NCBI GenBank assembly: GCA_951406725.2 | Contig: OX597816.1 | Coordinates: 1,488,001-1,552,000, forward strand | Direction of reading: 5' to 3' | From: Octopus vulgaris | Lineage: Eukaryota | Length of the DNA stretch: 64,000 nt | In this document: in pieces, positions 35,291 to 50,728 of the stretch | Position numbering within the stretch: position 1 is the stretch's first letter | Layout of the letters: every line of letters starts with the position of its first letter | Program-made: the position numbers and the translations under genes | The notes under the pieces: model-generated | What the model was told of the DNA's origin: nothing | Database searches by the model: none | What the model saw: only the letters and a program-made list of their open reading frames with translations

Positions 35291-38200
35291 TCATCATCAT
35301 TATGTGGTAGTTGAGTGTCTTCTTTTATTAGTGGTACACTAATAAATGTCAGAATATATACCTGGCTTAGTGTTTTTATTACAATCTTATTGAACTGTCA
35401 GTGTGATGAGATAGTGAAAAATGTTAGTTATTGATGAGGTGGTAAGTAATTAATCGACATATTAATAATGTATCAATATCAGTCATTGATAGGTTATTAG
35501 TGTCACTTATTGATTGATTTGTCTGTGTCATTGTTATGCCAGGAGAACAACACTTAACGAACTCAGATAATGATGTAAACAGAGTCAGGTTTAGAGGGTC
35601 CGGAGGTGGGGGTTCCACAAAGAAACATGATGGCAGTAAAGATGGCTGATCCGTAATTTATATTTCGTCGCCTCCTCTTCTCAATTAATTTCCATAGCAA
35701 CGTCAAACCATTAACGGGTTTAGATTAAGTCACCGTCCATTAAGCACTGAAAGAGAAAACATTAATTTCAATCCCTTGGGACTTTGAGACACACAGACAA
35801 ACTTAGTTAAGGGTCTAAAGAATATGGAAGGAGGCTCTGGGAATCAGAAAATCACACCTGGTTAAATCTCCTGGGAATCGTTTTGTGTCAATAGAAAAGG
35901 GTGGTTAAGCACCCCTAATATTCTTTATTACATTTAGCTCTAAGTAAATATTTCGTCCATGGAGGCCACATGAGAACAGAATAAAAAAGTAAACCATTGG
36001 TTTGTGATGTTGAGTGCTCTGTCAGCTGGGATGTAGTTTGGAGGGAGCGGAATTGGCTTATTTCATCTGTCATCATCATCATCATCACCAGCTGGGTGGC
36101 CACGCCTGTGCATATTCCTAAGCATTAATGATCTTCTGAATTAGTTTGGTCTGAAACCTTTCCATACTAAATCTGTCCAAGACCTGCTTCAAAGTGATCC
36201 TAATAAAAGCCTTCCATCTAAGTTCCATGTCTTACGTTCAAAACTCCAGCTTTAATCATAACAAACTTGTTTTACCAAATTCTTCATTATTTTTCAAAAT
36301 TAATTGAAACCAAATCAGTGTTTTTCAGCAGAAATATCGTAAGAAACCAGATAAATTTTGCATCCCTTTTTAGATGCAAGTATGGATGGATTCCACTTGT
36401 CTGGTATTTCACAAATCAATGTTTTGACTAATTAAACCGTGATTGTTAATTATTCAACCATGAAGTGGGAATGGTTTTGCTCTTGTGGTATTGATGGCAG
36501 CCATTAAAGATGCTGATGTAATTAGTTGATTTATGTTGTTTAATGTGAACGCCCATGGCCTGGTGGTTGGGGTGTTGTACTCATGATTAAAAGATCGTGG
36601 TTTCAATTCCTGGATTGAGCATGCATTGTGTTCTTCGGCAAAACACTTCATTTCATGTTGCTCCAGTCCACTCAGCTGTAAGTGGGTCACCCTGTGACTG
36701 AATAACCTTCCAGTCAGGGTGAATGCTGACCTCATTCAGAAGCTAAACCAATGCAAAGTGCATTGTGACCAGCGATGTATAACAACATCTGATGGTCCAA
36801 GAAACAAAAAGTGAATGTTGTAATTATAGATGTAGGAGGAAGAGGAAGAGGACATTGGGTTTCATTTATCTGGATTGCAGCCTCTGGGTTTCCTTCGGTT
36901 ATCTTGGTATTTCTCAACTAAAAGATCCGGTTTTCTTGTTTGTTTTTTTCTTTTCTCGGTCATATTTTTGATGTTGTTGTTCCAGAGAAGCTGTTTAAGG
37001 CTGGTCTATTTGCCAGTCAGCAGTTTTCCACTCTGACTTCCAGTTTCTTTCACAAGAAGTAATGCTTTGGTTCATCAAATTCATCCTCGTATTTGATGGA
37101 GATGTTGAACCACATTTTTTAGTCTTTCAATTAAATTAAAACTATAAAAATTGATATCACAAATAATAACGATGATTGGTTCCAATTTTGGCACAAGGCC
37201 AGCGATTTTTAGAGAAGTAGGTTAAATCAGTGCTCGGCTGATTTATTTTATTGGCCCTGGAAAAATGAAAGGTAAAGTTGACCCTAGTGGAATTTGAACT
37301 CAGAATGTAAAGAGCTGGAAGAAATGCCGCTAAGCATTTTGTCCAGCACACTAACAACTCTGCCAGCTCACCACTTTAATAATAATAATCCTTTTTCCTA
37401 TAGGCACAAGGCCTGAAATGTAGGGGTGGGGGCTAGTTGATTACATCAACCCCAGTACCTGACTGGTACATTTTTTCATCGACCTTGAAAGGATGAAAGG
37501 CAAAGTCAACCTTGGCAGAATTTGAACTCAGAATGTAAAGCGCCAGAAGAAATGCTGCAAAGCATTTCACCCAGTGTGCTAACAACAACAACAACAACAA
37601 TAATGATAATAATAGCTTCTAAATCAAACATAAAACCAACAGGTGTGCAGAGGAGGATGGAATTGATGTCATTAACCGAGGGTGACTGGTGCTTTATCAA
37701 CCCCAGATGGACGAAAGGCAAAGTTCACCTTGGCATGATTTGAACTCAGATTGTCAAGACTTGGAACAAATACTCACTAATCATTTCTCTCCGACCTCTA
37801 AAGTAATTCTGCCAGTTAATGAGCTTCATAATAATAATGGTTTCACATTTTGACACAAGGCCAACAGTTTTGAGGGGAGGGGGTTCGTTGATACCATTGA
37901 CCCACTTGTGGGTTTTTTTTATCCTAGATGAGCAAAGGGCAAAGTTGGATCTTTACCCTCTGAATTCAAATGAACTCTGGACATAAAATTCCGCTAACCA
38001 TTTCGTCCAGCATGGTAACAATTCTGCTTGTTTAATGCCTTTTAAATGCCTTTCTTACAAATCAATTTCCAATATTAATGGTGATGATGGTTTGAGGCGG
38101 TGGAGCTGGCAGAACCATTTCCGTGCTGCCAGGTAAAACGATTAGCAACATTTCGTCTGTCTATACAGTCTGGGTTCAAATTCCTCCGTCGACGACTTTA

Positions 38201-40457
38201 CTTTTCATCCTTTCAGGGTTGATAAAATAAGTACCAGTTATGTACTGGAGTCGAGGCAACTGACTTACTCCCCTCCTCCGAAATTTCTGGCCTTGTGCTA
38301 AAATTTGAAACCAATATTAATGATGATGGTGGTAGGGGTGGTGGAAGCAGTAAATAATCGTTGACAGAGCGGCTCACCAGCTTCCGTGCCAGTGGCACAT
38401 AAACGGCACCATTTAAGTGTGATCGTTACTAGCGTTGCCTTACTGGCACTTGTGCCCGTGCTAGTAGGGTGCCAAGAGCACCATCCGAGCGTGATCGTTG
38501 CCAGAGTGGCTAATTGGCTTCCATGCGTAAAAGGCACCATTCGAGCATGATCGTTACCAGCGTCGCCTTACTGGCCCCCGTGCCGGTGGCACATAAAAAG
38601 CACCCACTACACTTTTGGAGTGGTTGGCATTAGGAAGGGCATCCAGCTATAGAAACACTGCCAGATCAAGATTGGAGCCTGGTGCAGCCATCTGGTTCGC
38701 CAGTCCTCAGTCAAATCGTCCAACCCATGCTAGCATGGAAAGCGGAAGTTAAACAATGATGATGATGATGATGATGATGATAATAACTGTAATAATAGTA
38801 ATTTGTAGTGAAGCTTGTAGCTAGGCATTCTGTAGACCAATATAAAGCTAATCTCACCCCTGAGAAGTAACTGGAGTTTCCATGTAATTTTAACTTTCTA
38901 GCAGCAACCATGTTGCTATTGGTGACTGGTTGTTACATGACAAGTTTATGTGGAATCCTCTTCAGATGGACTTCATCTGTCCATGACTGTCGGATCTGAA
39001 CTAAAACATCAAAATGAAAGACAATGGTTAACAATGTTGTGTAGGAAAGTGGTGGGTTATTTATATGTAAGAGTGGGAAGCCTGTCGGTGGTGTATCATT
39101 GGGATTCTGTAGATGATGGTTTTGATCTTGTCATCATCCTCATTGAATGTTGATGTGCAGGCATGGCTTCCCAACCACAAGGTTCTGGGTTCAGTTCCAC
39201 TGCATAGCACTTTGGACAAGTGTATTGTGAGTGAATTTGGTTGGCAGAAACTGCGTGGAAGCCTGTCAAATGTGTGTGTGTGTATTTGTCTAGAGATCAT
39301 GTGATGATTGTAAATGAACATCGAGGTGATAGACAGGAGATGATGTTTATTTCTAGTCCTCTGTAAAAAAAAAGAAAGAAAGAGTGTCTGGCCATGGAGA
39401 AATGCTACCATGTTTGGAAACAGGGGCCTGTTGGTGGCAGGAAAGGCATCCAGCCATATGAAATTGACCTCAACAAATTCTGTGTGACCCATGCAAGCTT
39501 GGAAATATGGACATTAAAACGAAGGTGAATGCGGATGATGAAAATCAAGAAAAAAATATTAGATAGAATTTAGATATTCAATATACGTCATTGGTGTTTG
39601 GAAAGAAATTGTGTTCAAATTGAAAAGGAAAGGAAAGGAAAGGGGGTGGGGAGGTTAATCAGTCTCATTCATTAACAGCTTTGTACAAATGGTACAGGAA
39701 GTGAGATGTGAAGAAGTTGAGAGACAGGTGATAATCAGATTTTAATGCAGGCAGATAAAAATAAGTACCAGTTGTGTACTGGGGATCAACCTAATCGACA
39801 AAACTCCCTCCCAAAATTGCTGACCTTGTGCCAAAATTTGAAGTGAAAGGTTCAGATTTTATCTTTTGTTTGTTTCAGTCATTAAACTGCGGCCATGATC
39901 GAAGAATTCTTTTTAGTTGAATGAATCAACCTCAGTTCCTTTATTTTGGGGTTTTTCAAGCCTGCTACTTATTCTATCGGTCTCAGTTGCCAAACTGCTA
40001 GGTAATAGGGCTGTAAACAAACAAACACTGGTTATCAAGTAGTGGTGGAGGACAAAAAATACACACATCATTATCATCATCATCATCATCATCGTTTAAC
40101 GTCCGTTTTCCATGCTAGCATGGGTTGGACGGTTCAACCAGGATCTGGGAAGCCAGAAGGCTGCACCAGGCTCCAGTCTGATTTGGCAGAGTTTCTACAG
40201 CTGGATGCCCTTCCTAACGCCAACCACTCCAAGAGTGTAGTGGGTGCTTTTTATGTGCTACCGGCATGGGGGCCAGTCAGGCAGTATTGGCAATGATCTC
40301 GCTCGAATCTTTTTACACATGCCACTGGCACAGGTGACGGTAACGATCACGCTCGAATGGTGCCCTTTTACATGCCATGGCACGGGGGCCAGTCAGGCGG
40401 TACAGAAAATTAATACAAACAGCAGGTTGCAATGTGTCACCGAAGAGGAGAATTTAT

Positions 40458-40684
40458 AATTGTCACTAAATGTGACTGCATTGCTAGAAATAAGAGCTAA
40501 AATGCCCTACCGCTGTAGTTAACGCACATGAATAAAAACATAGACACTGACAAGGACCAGTGTTTTTTGGTCAATCATGGTCCCTGTCAGTGTCTGTTTT
40601 TATTCATGTGCATTAGAGCATTTTAGCACTTATTTCTAGCACTGTAGGTGTTTCTTAACTCTCTACTCACATTTAGTGACAATT
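40458..40684. mobile_element. Foldback/MITE, about 230-bp imperfect palindrome
   Basis: AATTGTCACTAAATGTGA..GCTAGAAATAAG..CACATGAATAAAAACA..GACACTGACA pairs with its inverse ending TCACATTTAGTGACAATT. Confidence 0.75.
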
Positions 40685-40926
40685 CATCATCATCATCATC
40701 ATCATCATTTAATGTCCGTTTTCCATGCTAGCATGGGTTGGACGATTTTGACTGAGGTCTGGCGAACCAGACTCTAATCTGATCTGGCAGTGTTTCTACA
40801 GCTGGATGCCCTTCCTAATGCCAACCACTCTGAGAGTGTAGTGGGTGCTTTTACGTGCCACCAGCACGAGGGCCAGTTTATCTATCTATCTATCCACCCA
40901 TCCATCCATCCATCCATCCATACATC

Positions 40927-40990
<64 letters not shown>

Positions 40991-42403
40991 TGACAGGCTT
41001 CTTTCAGTGTTCATTTATCAGATCCACTCACAAGGTTTCGGTCAGCCAAAGGCTATAGTAAAAGACATTTGCCCAAGGTACGATGCAGTGGGACTGAACC
41101 TAGAACCATGTGGTTGGGAAGCAAACTTCTTAACCACATAGCCACACCTATACAGCTTTCTTTTCTTCGTGTAGTCTTTGTCTGCCACTTCAATATTAAC
41201 TTTAATGTTTTAGATGTAAGGATTATGGAAAGCTGGTTTGTTAGTTTGTAGTCGTAACAACAACAACAATAGACTCCATAAAGGAAATAGATAAACACCT
41301 GTGTTTCTGATATTTGCTTATCAAGTTGACTTGACCTTTTTTCTTTGTACCTTTGAGATCATATTTTATATTGAAATGAAAAAATGGGTCCAAAATATAA
41401 AACTATTCCCCCCAAGTAAGCCTTTTGAGTGGATTTGGTACATCATGGACACTGTCAGAAGCTGCTGTGTGTGTTTCCTTGTTTTGATATCCTGTGACAG
41501 TTGTAAATGAGTGTCACTGTCATATAAGCGGTGTCGTTCATTTGCAATATTCTACAAAAATTTGGAAACGAACTTTCAGGATTTAAAAAAAAAACAAAAG
41601 CCAATTGAATTAGTTTATATTGTTAATTGTTAATGATACTAATTGCTGGCTAGAAGTGACTTTGATGAATATAAATTTACTTCAACAGCAACAATTTTTT
41701 GATTTCTACATCCTTTCAGTTGATGGGTGTATATATACATGCGTGCATGCATTATGTAGATTGGGTTATGATCGAAGCTGTCTCCTCATGAAGCACCTCT
41801 GCTCATTCCAGTATCCCAAAGTCTGTATAGATATTATTCCTTGTTTGTGGAATGCATAGGAATTGAGAGAAATACTGGGAAACGGTTTTTGTAGAGAAAT
41901 GACAAACGAAAACAGGAGATTGGATGAAAAGTTTTGGTCTTATTCATTCACCACCACACCTGCTTTTCATTTGCTAATAGGAGTTAGAAAATTGTACATG
42001 TAGGATAAACATGTAAGATATCTGATATTGGATAGTCTTTGGACAGAAAACCAAATAATGTGTTCCGTTTGCTAGTAAGAGTTAGCATCTTGTAACTGCC
42101 CTTAGCAAATGCAACATGTGCCATGGTGAATAAATGATACCAGAACATTCTCCTAATCTCCTCTTCTGATATAATAATGTTTGTTTATTATGTCAAGTTA
42201 TAATAAAGACAATTTAACATCGTCAGATAATCTAACAAAGGCTAACAAAGTCCCTGTCACCCTGCTTGTTGTAAAAGTATAATATATATATATATATATA
42301 TATATATTCAAATGTTATAAAATTATATTATGTTGTGCTCTGTGCAGTCATTTTGTCATCAGTAGAGCTTGGGAAACAGGTGTTGTCTTTTTTTTCCTAT
42401 AAT

Positions 42404-42438
<35 letters not shown>

Positions 42439-44630
42439 CAGTTCTCCCTTTTCAAAAACATTTATGAATAGTTGTCACAACATTTGCTGTTATAAAGCTA
42501 TTGAAAAATGTGAAAGCATGTGACCAGATGTTATAATTATATAAATATATTAGATTATATTTGTAATGTTCAAGTTTTTTAAAAACAACCAAATCTTTTA
42601 TAACAATATGATTATTATTATTTAAGGATTTATCAGATGTATATAATGAATATATATATATATACACTTGTTTCAAATTTTCTAAAGAGCCTATGTCCCC
42701 CCCTCTCCCCTTCTGTTATGAAAGCATCATAAGAGACATTGTCTTTATGGTGCCATGATTTTTATTATGTTGGAAGGTGTTGTCTGACCCATACAAGCAT
42801 GGAATCAGTGGCAGCAGTAGTGGCTGCTGTTGTTCACGCCTGGTTGATCCCAAAGTGGGCTGTACAACCACCTTGGGGGTGATGGAAAGATCTAAGGGGA
42901 CATTGAAAAAAAGTGTGGGATTATAATAGGGTGGCCAAAATGGGGTAAGTTTTATTTGTGACATATATTTGTTGTTTTAAATTTGCTGCAGAAAGTGGTC
43001 TATATTTGTGGTGGGGAAGGCGAGGGGGCTGCTAGGAATGTGGCCTGGGTGCCAAGGGGGCAGCTTGGAAAAGTTTGAGAACTCTGATCTAAATAAATCA
43101 AACCATATCCCTGTTGTGTGGGGATGCATGGTTTTGGAAAGATTAAATAATTGCCCAGCATCTAATGTAGCTGTATTATGGATGGGAGGCTGAGTACCAT
43201 AGACTAGGGAGCCAAAATGAGCAGAAGCCTGCTAGGTCCATTAATTGTTGCTTTTAATAAAATAGGGGAAATAAACCAAAACATCAGTTTGTTAGCATAA
43301 ACTTAGGAAAAAGTTGCTTTTGGTACATTGGCAGTTAAGTGGGGGAAGTCCCCTTATGTCATCACATCTCCTTTCCCAACATACATAACCCGCACCTAAT
43401 ATTGGTCTTTCATCATTTAATGACTTTATTACCTTTAAGAAACATTTTTTAAAAAAATTATCTCAATGAAAATTCTTGTAGAAAGATGAGAGGAATGTTA
43501 AATTTCCATCTGCCTGTCAACTCTTTGCAATGAATGGATGACAAGAAAAACATAGCAGTGGTGTGTGCCACCCTGATGACTGATTACAGTTATAGGAAAC
43601 ATAACAGGCAGAAATAGAAGTTCTACCTGCCGCATGGCGGTTGTCTTGGCCAAAATATAAACAACCATTCAGTGGATGAGAAAGGAAATAAAGCAGGAAT
43701 ATGGTTCTCTCATAACATTAGATTATATTTATGATAACTTTATGGGTTTCGTGTCTTAATCCAGTTTATTGCCACAGCATTGTAGTTCCATGCACAGAAT
43801 CAGTTATCTTCTCCACAAAAAAAAAAAAAAAAAAGTCACTTCAAAATATCTTTCAATAAATCTATGATAAAAACATATTCAATTGGTTTGTCCACAAGAT
43901 AACCTTGTAAAAAATAGGGATGTGTCTGATGTAAAAGCCTGTTGTAGAGCCCAGCAAATAGAGTCAATTTATTTTCATGCTCCTGTTTTATGCCTGTGCA
44001 TTTAAAGTTATTTGTCTGCTGTTAACGTAGGGATTGCATTGTAACATCTGAACTTATTCCTCCTCTTTAAAGGCTTTTGTTTCTTTCTGTGAGATGTCTT
44101 GATTAGAACTGTCAATAAAATATTTCTAAGTTTAGCAATTAAGTTAATACAAGATGCATTAAATGGAACTTTGAGAGAAATTATCCTAAATTTGTTGATG
44201 ATGTACATATGTTCAAGATTAATTAATTAATTTTGATCTTGACTATTTATTAACAACAGTTCACCATCGTCAGCTTGTAGTGCCATTTTATAGAAATGTC
44301 TGAGTGGACCTGAGTGGATTTGGTTTTATAGTTTCAGATTAGCAGTTGAATCTCTCTCCAGCTCCAACTCGGCCATTCCTCTGCAGCTTCTGTTCAGTTC
44401 TGGCCTCTTTTGCTCACATTTCAACATCTTCATCTCCTAACGAAGCCTTCTTCCTCTCTACTGAAGCCCTAGCAATGAATAATTAACATAATTTTGTTTT
44501 GTGGAAATTTTCATTCTGATCCATTTTTAACCTGGAAGTTGTCGGCTGCAGCTCCTTACATCCCAAATCATTACTGATTGTTGAGCATTCTTGTGTTCGG
44601 CTTAGACCAAACATTTGGATGTTCAATGTT

Positions 44631-44666
<36 letters not shown>

Positions 44667-47270
44667 GTGTATGTGTGTGTATTAGATTCATGAAGAAAAC
44701 CCAGGTTATTTTGTGTTTCAAAAATTCTATTTATTAATAACATATGTAAAAAAGAAAAGAAAAGCTTCTTGTTGCAAGGAACTGCAGCACAATAAAAGAA
44801 ATGGTGAATTTGTGCAGAGTCAGATAATTTCATATAAATTTCCTAATTTTATATTCCTAATGTTCAGATATTGCTAGTTTTCCCAGTTGGCCAGAACAAG
44901 GTTAATTTTCACCCTTCTAATAATTAAATACACTGGAAGAGTTTCCCATGCACTTGAGTCAGTGTTTGAATAAATAACACACAAAAAAAAAAAGAAAAGA
45001 AAAGAAAAAAGGCAATTGAAAGGCAGATTATTATTGTTTCGGAAGTACTGAGCAGTTGTTTCACAAAAGAACCGTGCATGTATGTGGTATTTCATCAAAG
45101 CATTTAATCACAGGCTGGGTTAAACAATTATCAAAGAGAAGATAATTTCTCTCTTTGACTCCAACCCTTTTCACTAGCACTGATCTCGTGTGAAAGACAA
45201 AAGATGCGTTTGCGCTTTTTAAAAAAAACAAAAAAAACTTTTTAAATAATTATGAAAAAAAAAGAAAGAAAACGATGTTGCTCGTTAACACAGTAAATCA
45301 CTGATAAGGTTAGATTCTTTTTTATCATTTCAAAAAGATAAAAAAAAATAAAACACTGCCAAAACTGAACCAACTTCAAATAAAAATTCAGATGAGTTAA
45401 CATGAAATGGAAAACCTGACCCACAACTCGTCAACTTCTATAAAATATTCTAAAATCAATCTGACACAGTTTCACTTTATTCTGTAAAAACACTCCATCT
45501 GGCTTCGTTCCATTGCTCTCCCCCCCTCCCCCATCACTTGAAAAACTTTAAAATCTTATTAATAATTAAAAAGTTAATTTGTTGATCTAAATTCATGCCA
45601 TTTGCCCATTTGTGGTATTTTCCTTTTTTTTTTTTTGTGTTTTTCAATTTAGCGCCGCCTGACTGGCATCCGTGTCGGTGGCATGTAAAAGCACCAACCG
45701 ATCGTGGCCATTTGCCAGCCTCATCTGGCCCCTGTGCCGGTAGCACATAAAAAGCACCCACTGCACTCTCTGAGTGGTTGGCGTTAGGAAGGGCATCCAG
45801 CTGTAGAAACACTGCCAGATCAGACTGGTGCTTGGTTCAGCCTCCTGGCTTCACAGATCCCGGTCGAACCATCCAACCCATGCTAGCATGGAAAGCGGAC
45901 GTTAAACGATGATGATGATGATGAATCATTATTGGCATCAGCATTTTAATGTCTCCCTCTCTGTGCTGGGGTCAGATGGAATTCATTGGAGTTAAATTTG
46001 CTTTGGCTGGATGCCCTTCCTATCACCAACCCTCACCTGTCTTCCAAGCAAGGTAATATTTCCTCATGGCCAGGCATGTTTTTTACAGAAGATTAAAAAT
46101 GAATGACACTGCTTGTATGAAAGTGATGTTCGTTTACAGCTACCATGAGATATCAAAACAAGGACACACACACACATATATACAAAGGGCTTCTTTTAGT
46201 TTTCCAAACCCACTTACAATGCTTTGGCCAGCCTGGGTCTTTGGTAGAACCTAACTGCCTAAGGTGTTGGTCAGTAAGACTGAACTGAACCGTACAGCTA
46301 TGTATGTGACTTAGGTTTTGATAAAACAAGAATATTATTAATCCCAATGTAATTTCTAATTTTAAATATTTCAATATGCATTGTCCTCTAACGTTTCTTG
46401 TTATTAAAATTAAAACAATAAAAGTAGAAAAACAGCTAAATTTTTTCTTTTTTTGGTGGGGAAATCTCTGCTAGTTTTCTTACTTTGATGGTATTCTAAA
46501 GAAATAAGCAGATAAAGGAAAGCAGCTTTATTTAAAGCAGGTGTTACAGAGGATGAATCTTGTGAACAAAGATAAGCCATACATCTTATTGAGTGTGGAT
46601 CACACGAAATTCTATCGTCTTAAAAATTTCCTTAGGTAACAACAACTCTTGTCCTCTTATGGAGTTAGAGCAAGTCTTTACATTTCGGACTCCATTGCAT
46701 GAAATGAAATAGTTTATGTTAGGGATAGGGAGTGGACAATAATGGCCCTCCGTCTCATTGTCTCCTCTGGCATAGGTCAGATGGTTTGTCAGAACCTGTT
46801 CAGCTCTGCTTTGGCTTGCTGTCTTGGTTTCGATGCCCTTCCTAATGCCAACCACTTGACAGTATTTTCTTCTGCTGCTGTTGGCACTTGTGAGGACAGA
46901 TCACCAAGTTGCAAGGCACAAAGAGAATGGAAAATGGACAAAAGTCCCCATGATTCGGTGGGGGTGGGGGTTAATGTAGAGCAGGATTGCTTTATGCCAG
47001 GTGTTGAGGGGCTAAAGGACAGGTGTCTTGCTGTAGTCGGCTACTAGAGTTGATTGTTTCCCCCTCTTTCACTTTCTCTCTCTCTCTCTCTCTCCCAACA
47101 ATATTTCTAGGGATCTGATGGTATTATGGGTCTTATAAACTTCATACTACAATATATAATAAGATAAAAATACAGCTGGTTAAAAACACTAAATTAACGA
47201 AATCTAATATATTTGTGGAATATTGTTTTATATGCAAATATACATAGATGCACTTATGCTCATACGTGCA

Positions 47271-47303
<33 letters not shown>

Positions 47304-48346
47304 GCAGACATAGTAATTAGGATAAAAATCTGTTTGCTGTAGTAGCAGTTGTAGTAACTTTGTCGATTTCTTCTTGTCTCCAGCAATTTTTCATGAGATT
47401 CATGTAGAACAATCCAAACAATGGTTGGATTGTTATTTTTAATACATTCCAACAGAATTGAACCTGAAGATTTGATGGCTGTTGTTTTATCATCATTGGA
47501 GAACACTGCAGTGTTTCAGTCTTGTGCGCCTCCTCAGTCGAAGCTGTCTTTCCTGCAGATGACTGATGTCTGCTAAACAGATAATAATTCCTGAGGTGCA
47601 TGCAGGGCAGTGAGAATATTTATTCACTCTCAAAACATCCTGGTAGGCAATGTATTTTCATAATCCACATGAATTACGGATTGGAGGAAGCGATGACAGG
47701 CGGAGGTGTTCTCTGATGATGAAAAACAGTTGTGGTCAACTCTGCCAGGACATATTAAGAATGGTTTCCTCGCTATTTTGTGTGAACCCTATGAACTGTA
47801 GGAATTTTCTTTTAATCCATTCAATAGCATGTGTGTGTATGTTTATCAACCATTTACTGGAATAGGCAATGCTTAAAGTCTTTTGTTTCCCAATTATCAT
47901 TTGTTATAAAAAGGAAGGAATGTGTTGAAATAATAGCTTTGTAAATGGCAAGTTCCAAAATTAATAACCTGTACTCAGCACTTCGAAATAGAAAGGAATA
48001 TTTAAATGAATTAAACCCTAAACAAATGATATAAAAACCATTCGTATATACACAGCCAGCTTGATATTATCAAGTACAGTTTGATCTAATTGTGTGTGTC
48101 TGCGTATGTATATATATGTACATGCACATTTATGTGTGTGTGTGTGTATTACAATCAAATGGAAATTGTGCTGATGGCACGTAAAAGGGACCCACTACAT
48201 ACTTGGAGTGGTTGGCATTAGGAAGGGTTCCAGCTGTAGAAACAGTGCCAGATCAGACTGGAACCTGGTGCAGCTTCCTGGTTTCCCAGACCCCAGTTGA
48301 ACCGTCCAACCCATGCCAGCATAGAAAATGGACGTTAAATGATGAT

Positions 48347-48391
<45 letters not shown>

Positions 48392-49435
48392 CATACATAC
48401 ATACATACACTCACACAGAGATAGATATACATCTGTACACACAGACACGTGTGTATGGTAACTAAACGGACTATATATATATAGTGCTTCTCAATTCATT
48501 TAAATGAAGTATTCACCCGTACCCACATTCAGGCATACACGTATACTACAGACCCTTATACCCAGAAGGACGTTAGGTAGAGGAGGGCAAGTGCCCTGTA
48601 CGAAGAAAGAGAGACGGAGACAAGAGTTGTTAGAGTTTTATTAATATTATATCACATAACGAGCCTCTCAACTATAATGCACTTAATGATATGTTTTATG
48701 AAACTGTATGAAATGTACTTTGTGTCTGATCATGTAATCCTATCCACCAAAATAAAACACCAGAAAAGCTTATATTTAACACTGTATCAAAAGTCCTAAA
48801 TAACTGTGTTTTTCTGCCTATCTTCCTCTCCATTAACTGTCAGCATTGCTATTAGTAATTTCAGATAACACAAAAAGCAGCCCTTTCTTTTCTTCTTCTT
48901 CTTCTTCGTCTTCTTCTTCTTATTATTATTATTACTATTAGCTCTGCTACCAACAAGGCTATAATCACTGACAATATATATGGAGAACGAAGCAGCGGTG
49001 GGTGGTGGTTGTGGTGGGGGATAAAGCGTAACCTTTGTGAAGCTTTTTACACATGGGAAATGACTAATTGGCTGCTTCAGGTAAGGTTTTTCTCATGATT
49101 GCTGCCTTATATATATATATCTTATATGTATATATATACATCTTACGTGTATGTTATGTATATATGAGTCATTCAAGGAATTGAGGTGTTGGGTTGTTGT
49201 TTTTTTTTTTTTATGATAGTTCAGTTTGTTAAGCCACAACTCATTCTCTTTCTCTCACCTGTTTCAGGTGTAACAAAAGAAAGAGGGGGGGAGGTGCTGG
49301 CGCTTCGAAACTGTTCTCGCCTTTTGAGCCAACCTTTTTAACTGGGCCGATTTCTTTTGCTTCTTCGCTTTCTGGGACGAGGAACTTCAAGTGTCCCGTG
49401 TTGTATACACCTCCACTTTTGCCGAGATAACTTTA

Positions 49436-49482
<47 letters not shown>

Positions 49483-49912
49483 ATTAATATAACAGGTTGG
49501 AGAGCAACCGAGGAAGATAGTTTTACGATTCTAAACAGGCTACATTCATTTGTACAACATTGCAAACATTCGCTGCGTATATACATATATATATATATAC
49601 CATTTGGGTTGGACTTAAACGACAAAACCATTTGTATTTGATGCAGGTCAACTGTTTCATATCAGCTGACCGGAAAAAAAAGTGTTGGTAAATTGGACTT
49701 GAATAGGAAATAAAAAAATCATTGTTATTATTATTAAAAGGTGCTGAGCTGGCAAAATTGTTAGCCAGACAAGATGCTTGGCAAAATTTCTTTTCATCTC
49801 TTTATGTTCTGAGTTCAAATCCTGCTGAAGTCATCTTCACCTTTCATCCGCTGGGGTCGATGTGATCAACTCCCCTCCCTCAAATTGATGGCCTTTTGCC
49901 AAAATTAGAGAG

Positions 49913-49944
<32 letters not shown>

Positions 49945-50728
49945 TTAGTAGTAGTAGTAGTAGTAGTAGCAGCAGTAGTAGCAGCAACAACATTAGCTGA
50001 TGATTAATGTCTTTTTTTATTTTTTTAGTTTTTATCCAGCCAGTCCACTCGCTCCAGAAGCAGACTCTCTTTTATTCCTTTCATAGAATCTGTTGATATG
50101 TCTGTCTGTTTGTCCTGTGTGGAAGAAGTCAGTTTAAAAGGATCTGCTGAAACAGGCTGATATGAAAGGGGCAAGGGTTGAGCACCACAACGCTACATTG
50201 TGCATGCTTTACATGGGTCACTGTTGTGTTCATACATTAATCATCCATTTCCCAGCCTTGCATGGATCAGATGGAATTTACAGAGGCAGATTTTGTACAG
50301 CTGGATACCCTTCCTGTCACCAACCCTCACCTGTTCCCATATAATTAACCTTTTTAGCAACACAGCCGTGCTTGCCATTTGAATCTCATCCTGAACATTT
50401 TTGACCTGTCGTTAAATCTGAGCCATTGCAGACATATTGATGTGATCGAAGGGTGTGACCTCATGACCTCATGCTGTGAAAGTACCATTCATTCATTGTC
50501 ATTCCTTTCTTTGTACTTGTAACTGTTGGAAACTTTGTACATAAGATGCATCGAGGCTTTGGAATTGTATGTAATCTTCCTGGTGTTACAGTTTTGTTTT
50601 TAACCCCTTTTTCTTATCCTATTTAAGAATATAAAAATATATTTCTGTCATTGATAATCTGGTGTTTAGAAAAATATACCACATGTATTTTTAGTGCTAA
50701 TCCATACTGTTAATCCACACTGTGTTAA

